Origin: Selaginella moellendorffii
Taxonomy: Eukaryota > Plantae > Lycopodiophyta
DNA length: 64,000 bases
NCBI RefSeq assembly: GCF_000143415.4
Contig: NW_003314365.1
Location: 263,902-327,901 of the forward strand
Direction of reading: 5' to 3'
The notes below the pieces were generated by a model, which worked only from the letters and a program-made list of their open reading frames with translations, was not told the DNA's origin and did no database searches. Within the stretch, counting starts at the first letter, position 1, and each line of letters starts with the position of its first letter. Position numbers and translations under genes: made by a program. Positions 1-9,088 of the stretch are shown piece by piece.

Positions 1-372
1 CCGGTCTCGGTCTCGGTCCCGGTCCCAGTCTCGGTCTGGACCTTGGACTCCATCTTGGGTCCTTCTCGGACTCCATCTCGAACTCCATCTCGGACTCCGT
101 CTCGGTCCATCTCGGACTCCATCTCGGACTCCATCTCGGACTCCGTCTCGGTCCATCTCGGACTCCATCTCGGACTCCGTCTCGGTCCACCTTGGACTCC
201 ATCTCGGACTCCATCTCGGGTCCATCTCGGAGTCCATCTCGGACTCCACTTTGGGTCCATCTCAGACTCCATATCGGACTCCATCTCGGACTCCACTTCG
301 GACTCCATATCGGACTCCACTTCGGGTCCATCTCGGACTCCAACTAGGGTCCGCCTCGGACTCCATCTCGGA
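1..372. repeat. Hexamer-based tandem array (CTCGGA/CTCCAT/GTCCAT; 12-mer CTCGGACTCCAT) inside LTR family A
   Basis: Directly visible tandem units. They produce low-complexity ORFs in several frames. Confidence 0.95.
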
Positions 373-607
373 CACTTCCACGTGTCATGTGTTGGTCCTT
401 TTTGGGTCCCTTTTTGGAGCCTTGCTTATTGCTCGCTTCGTGCTCACTCCTTGAGCACTTTGTTGGGAGTTCCACTCCTGCGCTCGGCCTTCCAAGTCAG
501 AGCTTTTAGTCCAAACGTGTTACACTCGTTTGGGCTTTCGCTTCGGCCACTACCACGTGGCACCCTTTCCGGATCCACTTTGGGGCCTAGGCATTCTGTG
601 TCTCACA
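1..607 (+). mobile_element. 3' part of an LTR (family A) ending ...TCTCACA; runs off the left edge; inserted into a hAT transposase
   Basis: Bases ~1-607 are the reverse complement of ~1596-2200, including the terminus. The hAT reading frame is cut exactly at 608. The predicted TSD CCTTG (608-612) cannot be checked because the other end is outside the window. Confidence 0.8.
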
Positions 608-1595
608 CCTTGTTGCAGCCTTTCACCAGTGGTTTTACCCACGACAACCACCCGATGTCTTTGAAGAGAAGGTCCAAGACGTGGCACACACACCAGCTGT
701 GGAGAATGTGAGGATACTCAGCTGTCATGAGTTCTCCCATCTGCACATAGTTTGATGCATTGTCAATGATCACTTGAACAACATTTTCTTTGCCAACTTC
801 TTGAATCACTTTCTTCAGCTCAACCCAAATCCACTATCCCATCTTTGTCTTGCCCTCGGAATCTACAGACTTCAAGAAAACCGAACCCTGGACGTTGGAG
901 GCCATGAAGTTGATCAAGGATCGGCTATGGTTGTCAGACCAGCCATCGGTGATGATGCTAACTCCATGTCTTCTCCACCCCTCACGGATTGGATCAAGTC
1001 GAGCATTGACACTATCATAAAGCTTCTTCAGCTGTGTACTCTGTAGCTTCTCATATCCCATCATCTGTGCAAGAGCTCCAGGGCCGAAGTCGATAGCAGC
1101 TTGAAGCAACTTCCTCAGATTTGGCCTCCGAATGGTGTTGAAAGGGATATTTTCAACGTAGAAGAACTCAGCCATGGCATCATCCAGACATTGAACCTTT
1201 GCAGACTTCATCATCTATTGAATGTCACCATCCAGCGCTGGTGCAGCACTTTGTTTAAGACTGCTGCTCCTGGAAAGTGGAACGCTGCCGCTGCTTGCCT
1301 CGCCCAGCCCTCCGGTAGCCCCACCACTTGCCCCACAGCTGGCACCACCGCTCACCTCACCAACCTCAGTCTCGTGAGCTAAGGCAAGTCTCTCTTGGGG
1401 ACTTGCTGCAATCATGGAGCTCTTTGTGAGCTCCATATGATTAAAAGTTGCCTGAGCCTTGTTCACCACCTCTAGTGGCACCTGTTCTGTACAAATCTCT
1501 ACATTCCTTCCTTTCACACCCCCAAGGTGAGCACAAACTTGTTCAGCCATGTCGGTGTAAGTATTCGAGCAATACTTACACTTCCATGGACTCAC

Positions 1596-3293
1596 TGTGA
1601 GACACAAAATCCCTAGGCCCCAAAGTGGAGCCGGAAGGGCGCCACGTGGTAGTGGCCGAAGTGAAAGCCAAACGAGCGTAACACGTTTGGATTAAAAAGC
1701 TCCAACTTGATAGGTCGAGAGCGGGAGTGGAACTCCCAACAAAGTGCTCGAGGAACAAGCATGAAGCGAGCAATAAGCGAGGCTCCAAAAAGGGACCCAA
1801 AAGGACCAACACATGACATGTGGAAGTGTCCGAGATGGAGTCCGAGATGGACCCGAGTTGGAGTCTGAGGTGGAGTCTGAGATGGAGTCCGAGGTGGAGT
1901 CCGAGATAGAGTCCGAGATGGAGTCCAAGATAGACCGAGACAGAGTCCGAGATGGAGTCTGAGATGGACCCGAGTTGGAGTCTGAGATGGAGTCCAAGAT
2001 GGACCGAGATGGAGTCCGAGATGAACCGAGATGGACCGAGACGGAGTCCGAGATGGAGTCCGAGATGGACCCGAGATGGAATTCGAGATGGAGTCCGAGA
2101 TGGACCCGAGATGGAGTCCGAGGTCGAGATCGAGACCGGGACCGAGACCAAGACTGAGACCGAGATGGAGATCCGGACCAAGACTGAGACCGAAGCCGAG
2201 GCCGAGACCGAAGCCGAGGCCGAGACCGAAGCCGAGGCCGAGTCCGAGTCCGAGTCCGAGTCCAAGTCCGAGTCCGAGTTCGAGTTTGTGTCTGAGAGGG
2301 TGAAAGCCCAAAGCGTTTGTCTCCCAGACTCTGGGGGGTTTGGTGAGCTCCAAAAGTATAGTAAGGGGGAGGACTGCAGTGGACCCAGTTTGGCCAGGAA
2401 AGGCCAGTTTGGCCTAGGAAGGCTGTACCCAGTGTTGGGTGATGAGCTGCCCACTGGGAAGTCCAAAACTAGAGTGAATATGGACCGACAAACGGGGTAG
2501 CTTGGTAAAGTGTTCAAGAGCCGGCTCTAGTTCCCCCAGGAGATCGACTGGCCGATGCTCTCAGTCCAAGTGTGGGTGGCACTACCTACTTGGATACTTG
2601 GTGTGGCTCAACAGAACCTCGCTCTAAGCCCATGGCTAGAGCACCTAAAGGCGAAAGGTAGGGAGAGTACCCACGGGGCTTGTGTAGGGCCACGGTGTTC
2701 TGAAATGTTGTCCCGAAGTCCCAAATGGGGGAAAGGAGGAGGAGCAATCCTCTAGTGTAGTGACTACGGATACAGTCACATAGTGATGAAGTCCCAGAGG
2801 ACAATGAGACTTAGTGGCTAGGCCTGCGGGCCTTGATTTAGTGGCAGTGTTGGCAAACATGGCCATGGACAAAAAAGGGACGTGGCAAGAATTGACAAAG
2901 GGATGTTGGGGAAGGCTATTTCCCATGTCTATGGGCATCCTAAGGATGCTAAGGAGTGGATCTGGGATGACCACTCGTGGACGGACAGCCCAGTCTTGGA
3001 GAGACGGGATTGTGATGCAAGTGGTATTGAACCACCAGTGCGGCAAAGGTGAATGGGCATGGCCTTAGCGTAATAGGCTGATATGTCAGTGGTACCTTTG
3101 GGTGTCAGTCTTGGGATTGGACACGTGGAGCACTTGGACCAAGTGCAAGGGTTGAGTGGCATAGATGCCATTCAAGGGACTAGCAAGTCCCAAGTCCTAA
3201 ATTGGACTTAAGGAGGTTGTGAATGAGACTCTTCCAAGTGGTGAGAGGTGTGGTTAAGTGACTAAAGTAGAATGGAAAATTTAGTCGCTTACA
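1596..3293 (-). mobile_element. Solo LTR, family A (1698 bp), TG...CA, 5-bp TSD CTCAC
   Basis: Starts TGTGAGACAC (1596) and ends GTCGCTTACA (3293). Flanked by CTCAC at 1591-1595 and 3294-3298. Excision restores the BED finger frame. Orientation is inferred from a minus-strand TATA-like box near 2356-2363. Confidence 0.88.
1830..2290. repeat. Hexamer-based tandem array (GAGATG/GAGTCC/GAGACC) inside solo LTR A
   Basis: Directly visible; inverse of the array at 1-372. Confidence 0.95.
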
Positions 3294-3404
3294 CTCACGC
3301 CGTGGCTTATCTCGGATGTCGGCCTCAATTTCAAAACATAAGCCCAGCTCCAGCATGACTACCTTCCTCCCCCCATCCTAGACTTATCTCAGCGCTTCTG
3401 GATC

Positions 3405-4326
3405 TGTCGCGAATGTGACTTCGAGTATTGAAAGGTACTTGTTAACCAGTCCTTACGGACACTCTTTCTTTACTGCCATGACGGTAGGAGGTCGGTACAG
3501 TTGGATCCCTTTAGTAGCCCCTCTTGTGCTAGTGGAGTTAACTGGGCATTTCGAGTGTACTTAGACTAGACAAGCATAAGGACGGAATTCCTACGTGCTA
3601 TTAGATAAGCATACTTAGCCCAGTAAGGAATTCCCGTCTCATTTTGTCTTGCACTTGCTAGTGACAAGAACCGTTGCGTATTGAGACTAGTCCCTCAATA
3701 TTGCTGGATGATAGTTTACCGTGTCTGCCAAACACCCTCGCTATCAAGCCCTTTGTGTTGGTCTCATGTTGGTCCCAAATGCTATTTATTGAAGGTGTCT
3801 AGATTAGCTCATTTGGCATATCTACGAAATGTAGAGATCAGCCTGAACACAATGGTGTTCGTCCCGTGTCCAAATTCGCACTCTAAGGCCATTCCATATT
3901 TGGTAAGTTTCGGACTTGTCCTAAAGACTAACTCCTGGTACTAAGGGAAGCTTGGGGTGAAAGCCCAAAGCGTGTGTCCCTCAAGGGGGGCAGGGGGCTG
4001 TGGGGGGTTTCAAATATATAGTAGGGATAGTGGTTGGAATGCATGTCTGACCACCTGAGACATTAGTTTGGCTCCCGCTAGGCTGTGTCGCTCCTTGTTT
4101 TGCGTCTGGCTTGGGTCTAAACTTAAGCTCCACGCTGCTCTAGTCGGTGGGGTACCCTCCTCCTCACATTAGGCCACCGGTATGCCAAAATTGTGCTAGA
4201 CTTCATCTGACACCATTTTGCGTGTAAGTGCTGGATACGGGGAGCTGGTGCTCGTGGGATTGTACCAGGCCCTCGTTTCGTAGCGCAACGGGCTTGGAGT
4301 TCGGCTCCAAATTCATATGTGCTACA
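3405..4326 (-). mobile_element. Solo LTR, family B (922 bp), TG...CA, 5-bp TSD GGATC
   Basis: Starts TGTCGCGAATGTGA and ends TCATATGTGCTACA (imperfect terminal inverted repeat). GGATC lies at 3400-3404 and 4327-4331. Minus-strand TATA CTATATATTTG at ~4012-4022. Confidence 0.85.
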
Positions 4327-5224
4327 GGATCCCACAAACCCTGATTTTACATGAACCCTAATACTAAGTAAAAGAAAACATATTCTTTAAGGTTTTTTAA
4401 AAATATTCTTGGTGTTTAAATGCCGTATTATATGTGCGTTTTAAACGGCATTTTTTATTAATCGTACCCATTCGAATGCAAGTATGGGAGAGACATCATG
4501 GCCCTTAGATGATGAGACCACCACGACAAAAGCACGAACAATGACGATCCCCATTGATGAATCTTCACCATCGTCGTCTCGGCTTTGCACCTCAGCTAGC
4601 TTGCCAGTGATCCCAGAGGCAGCAGTTCGGAATGAAGAGAACGTTCCAAAAGAGGAGGAGAGGACATGATTCCCTACATAGATGGTTTTCTCTAGGATTC
4701 AATCGAGCAGCTAGAAGTTGCAGCTCACTTATAATTCTCTCTCCAGATCGAGTAGTGACGAGGTGCATTTCCCATGGGGTTTTGGGGAGCTGGAGCTCAC
4801 TTTAATCTAGCACTGTAATTAACAAAATGTTGAGCAAATTTGCAAAAGAAAAGTTTAATACCTTCAATTCATCTGCTGACCCAAGACCATTTTGCTAGCG
4901 CACATGCCATTAGGCCTTAAAAATAATTTTGGTAAACAGAAAGAATTTTCTTACTAGGCATCTGTGAGCAGGTTAATTCCTTAAGCATAGCTTCCCCACC
5001 TGAAGGAAAGTAACTCGCCCTCATCTCCAAACAGACACAAGTGAGTTCCCTAGTGTGACTGGGACAGAAGGAAGACTAAGAAATCAGAATCTCTATAGCT
5101 TCTCTCCACTGCAAATCTGCAAATCTGTGCCAACTCTCTCACCACATCAAAAACAGGGAAATCTTACACTAGGAATTGATTCATTTGCCTAGCTCAATTC
5201 ATCAGTGCTAACATGTGCAATTGA

Positions 5225-5570
5225 ACTACAATTCAGAGAGAGCCCAGACCACAAAAGCAAGATTGCATCATTGGCACACTCCCTCACCAGCCCTGCCTAT
5301 GGTGCTGCTTATGCAGCCATGGGCAAAGCAGCCATGGAACCCTAGGAGTGCATGGTGTAACAGCTGTCACCATGCCCTCCCTCTTCCCTTCCTGGCCACA
5401 TGTGCATGCTGGCCATTAGCCACCACAACATTGAGCCTATATTCCTGCAAACCATAGTTACCAGTCCTATCCCAGGCCTGGGATGGCTTTTGAGGCTGCC
5501 CTAGGCCTAAGATTGGATGGCTACTGAGTCTAGGCCCATTCTTTATATATATAAGAATATATTTTAGTAT
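5225..5570 (-). mobile_element. 5' region of a non-autonomous Helitron-like element; inverted homolog of 14057-14430
   Basis: Minus strand reads TCTTATATATATAAAGAATGGGCC. Shares blocks such as GCAGCCATGGA.CCCTAGGAGTGCATGGT.TAACA.CTGTCACCA and CACTCCCTCACCAGCCC with 14040-14430. Confidence 0.6.
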
Positions 5571-5644
5571 ATTTGCAGTTTCATAGTACAAAATAATTTA
5601 TACTTATACATGCATGGCTTAATCTTTGAGACAAGCATATGACT
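5571..5644 (-). pseudogene. 74-bp fragment of the 5' end of 18S rRNA
   Basis: Reverse complement AGTCATATGCTTGTCTCAAAGATTAAGCCATGCATGTATAAGTATAAATTATTTTGTACTATGAAACTGCAAAT matches the universal eukaryotic SSU 5' end with a few substitutions. No other rDNA lies nearby. Confidence 0.92.
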
Positions 5645-6380
5645 CATATATAATGCACATGCTAGCTGGAAGTGTTGTGGGTGAAAGCCATGGATTAAAG
5701 AAGACATGCATTGGTCCAAGAATCACATTGCACCTAGAATAGGAGAAATCTGCCCACTACTCCGGATCCATTCCCAATAACATGTACTCTTAGCATTGTT
5801 GAGCGATGATTGTGTTGAGAATTGGCACTATGCTCATGCCACACAAAGTTTAGAGTCATTTGGAATTGACACTTTTATGGCTGTTGCATCACAGCCTGAT
5901 GCTTCTACCTCTGGAATTGACCAGCGCTAAAATTACTCTAGAGCTCCTAAGATCAAGATTAAGAAAGAAAGTCATATGTTGATACTGAGCACAAATTTCC
6001 TTTTTTCTTGCAATTTAGTGTGACAATCAGGAAGAAGAAACTTTGTGCCAATTGTAGGTGTCAGTAGTTGGAATGCTAGGAGAAGGTGTCTTGATGGGCT
6101 GGCCACACAATCAATAATGACGGCTGCTGATTTAGCCTTGAACCACACCAAACTAACCTTTTGTGTGTTGTGGGTATTTAAGACATGTTCATTTGGGTTT
6201 GTGGATGCCATCGAGTTGCAAACCTGGAGCTAGAGCTAGCCTTCAATGTGGCCAAAACCATCAAAAAGTTTGCAATCCTTGTTCTTCTGTGAGAGAGAAC
6301 AAGCCCAAGGTGAGTTCTCGAAGCCATAGCTTGCAAACCCCATCCACCTCTTATGGCCCAAGTGTCATTGTATTCTTCAA

Positions 6381-6491
6381 AACTTTGACAAGCTTCCCTT
6401 TGAGCTCCTTGCCTTCTTCTCCACCCGCCAGGCTCTTGAAAGCAGCAGCATAGCTTGCATTGTTTGTTATACAATCACGTTCTTTCATCCT
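6381..6491 (-). pseudogene. Fragment of a PLS-type PPR gene, same subfamily as 15036-17158
   Basis: RMKERDCITNNASYAAAFKSLAGGEEGKELKGKLVKV aligns by eye with RMKMESSCSPDARVFVAALKACSGIASKEEAFEEIGGKAVKL. Confidence 0.7.
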
Positions 6492-6790
6492 CTATCCTGT
6501 TCAGAGTATAGGAAATCTGGATTTGAGGAGTTTAGACAACAATAAAGTATGGTAAATGCATTAATATTTTATGATTACAGCTAACTTATGGGGCATGATG
6601 CAGGAGTTGAGCAATAACCACAGTCACCACAATTTAGTTTTTTTGAAATGTTTAGCACCTTCACACACACTAAGTTATGGTTAAGACATTCATGTTTGGT
6701 CAAGAGAATGTCTTTCAATTGTGGAGTTGATCAAATAGCAAACATAGCTAAACTCAGCAAACCTCTTAAAATAACATCAAATTTGCCAAC

Positions 6791-6818
6791 CACCCAACAT
6801 TTGCTGGGCAATTGCTAA
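6791..6818 (+). mobile_element. Helitron-like 3' terminus (hairpin + CTRR)
   Basis: CCCAACA-TT-TGCTGGG hairpin (6793-6808), 6 nt, CTAA (6815-6818), then T. Near-identical to 14988-15013. Confidence 0.7.
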
Positions 6819-6821
6819 TAT

Positions 6822-6851
6822 CATATATATATTATCAAGTTTATATATATA

Positions 6852-6908
<57 letters not shown>
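6822..6908. repeat. (TA)n microsatellite, interrupted in its left part
   Basis: Direct observation. Confidence 0.97.
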
Positions 6909-6911
<3 letters not shown>

Positions 6912-6912
6912 A

Positions 6913-6942
6913 CTAGTATTTGCCCAGCATTATCAGTGGTGG
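6913..6942 (-). mobile_element. Helitron-like 3' terminus on the minus strand
   Basis: Minus strand reads ...CCACTGATAATGCTGGGCAAATACTAG|T: decayed hairpin with the TGCTGGGCAA arm, CTAG, then T. Confidence 0.65.
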
Positions 6943-8113
6943 CCTAGCATATGTTGTGTAGTTAGCAAAATATTGTTTTATTTTTTAATATATTAAAAAT
7001 TAAATTAGAATAGTATCAGAATAACAAATATTGTATTCCACTTTGATTGAAGGAATTATGTCTAGAAATTGCTAGATGAATAAAAAATCAATTCTTGTAA
7101 ACTTGATAATATAAATATTTAGAATAAAATATATTCCTAGGTATAAGTAAGAATAAATATTCATTAACAAAAATATAATAGAAAAATTATTCTTTAGAAA
7201 CATGAATATATTTAAAGAAATACCTAATAAATAAAAAAGTAAAAACAATTTTTCTATTATTAAAAATATATTCTATATAAATTATATTTTTATTTCATAT
7301 TTTAGGTCCCAACAAGTATGCTAACACTCAAACCCTTCTCAAAAGATCAAGGTCTGTCTATGGTGCACCCCACAAGGGGATCCCACAAATTAATTTCTTT
7401 TTGTCTGTATAGGTTTAATACCCACTACAAGACATTAATTAATTAAATATTTTATTTAGAATATAAAATAATAAGTTTTCAGGAACATTAATATATTACT
7501 ACTCAAATCCAATCAAGAAAATATTTATTTATAAATATAAATGTTATAAAAACTATAAATTCAAATCTTATATTCCATAGTATTATGTACTACATTATCA
7601 TAGTTTTGTTAATAATGAGTTATATTGTAAATAGATAAGGCTACATGTAAAAAAATAATATGTACTTTTATTTTTAAAGTTGTTTAATGTTTTTATATTA
7701 ACACTTCAAACTTTAATCTACACATTCATAAAATTAAGTCAACCCACAATTGATATACCATTACCTATTGTTGAGTTTTATATATTTTAATGATATTTAG
7801 ACAAGCTATCTGTACAGAATATAATTTTCTTATTATATTTGTAAGTACTGTTAAAATTAAATTATAAAAGCTAATTTTGACCTAAGCTATTCAAATATTA
7901 TAATACTTTATAAAACAGAACAAGTTTAGGCAAAGTTGATTATTTTATTCATAAAGAATTAAAAATAAATTTATTCACATAAAAAATATTTACTCAACAA
8001 CTCATTAAACATAATTTAAATCTCTGCCAGTTTTGGATTTTGATTTGGTGATGCCACCAAAGACATACATAATCTATCAGCTCAACAAAATGGGTTTTGG
8101 GATTGCAGATCAC

Positions 8114-8520
8114 TTAGTTCCATTCATTGGAGAGCAATGCACAAAAGACTACATTACAGACATTCACAAGGCCAGTTAGCAAAGTAGCAGCACCACTCTT
8201 TGTTGAAATTACATTGCCACTGTCCACTACAATCATAACTCTTACTTTTGAATACATCAGAAAGGCCACACATTCAGAAATCGTTGAAAGGCTGGCCATG
8301 GTGGGGAATTCTTGCACAAGGCTCCATAACAAAGTTGCTTCCGGATTCTCGTAAAGCCTTAGAGCATCAATGAAAATCATGCGGCAGCCTTCCTAAGAAA
8401 GGTATCTCACAGTCGCATGGTGGACTTTCCAATGCCAGCTGGTCCAATTATAAATTGAAATCCATACATATGGGTTGCCTTGCCTCTCATCGCGACTTAG
8501 AAATTACACCCTCTTCCCAC
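8114..8520 (-). pseudogene. Decayed P-loop NTPase fragment, Crinkler/CR-NTPase-like
   Basis: Walker A GPAGIGKST (8419-8445) preceded by FQFII. After a stop and frameshift: MIFIDALRLYENPE...RVMIVVDSGN with Walker B at ~8222-8239. Confidence 0.65.
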
Positions 8521-8744
8521 GGTACTTCTGGGCACCTGCAGATGAAATAAATCAGCCTTCCTCACCCATATGATGGAAGGGATCGAGCACAAGTCAATCT
8601 TAAGGATCCTAGTGCAAAAATCCAGAAAAAAATCACTTTTTATCTTCTGTGCTAGAACTCTTCTCTTACTTTAGAGGCAAGGATTGTGGCATCTTGTTCC
8701 AAGAAGAGAGTCATGTGGCTCATGAGATTGAAGCATCTAGTGAG

Positions 8745-8856
8745 TGACACAAACCATGGGAATATTCTAAGAATATTCCATAGCCTGTGGGATTTAAGGC
8801 CGTAACGCCTTAAAGGTTGGGAGGTTGGCTTAGGGTTTGCGCTCTTGTTCGTTTCA
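8745..8856 (+). repeat. 5' LTR (112 bp)
   Basis: Direct repeat of 13506-13617 with 11 mismatches. Confidence 0.97.
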
Positions 8857-9088
8857 TTGGTATTGGAGCAGCACGTTCTTTTGGGGATGGTAGGTGAGGA
8901 AGACATTGATCAATCTCATGTTTGAATCAATCTCATGTTTGTGATTACCATTGGTACATCAAGCATGCCAAGGATTATGGTATCGTGGAATGGGAAATTA
9001 TCACCCGGATGTTTGTGATAGTCAAGAGGTGCATTCTTGGTTGGAATTGTGAGAAAGTTGTTAGTCTCACAATCTTTGTGAGGATAAG

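Larger units (their letters stand above)
608..3376 (-). pseudogene. hAT-superfamily transposase pseudogene (BED zinc finger + DUF659/RNase H-like), split by a solo LTR at 1596-3293
   Basis: Minus-strand motifs WKCKYC...AHL..C (BED), GVSIITDGWSD..RSLINFM, VVQVIIDNASN and WCVCHVLDLLFKDIG. Removing 1596-3298 restores MGGGR*SCWSWAYVLKLRP...GVSPWKCKYC from the ATG at 3376. Stops and frameshifts are present. Confidence 0.9.

Noticed and set aside
1-2290. Possible CRISPR-like array
   Set aside because: Contiguous 6/12-bp tandem units with no unique spacers, no cas genes and a eukaryotic context.
43-2517. Long ORFs 43..711, 1576..2517, 1613..2353 and 1952..2500
   Set aside because: Low-complexity translations of the hexamer array inside LTRs; open in several frames on both strands.
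1596-4336. One long LTR ending at CCCACA (4336)
   Set aside because: No TSD at that boundary; two separate solo LTRs with perfect TSDs explain the region.
5571-5644. Functional rRNA gene
   Set aside because: Only 74 nt, with substitutions and no flanking rDNA.
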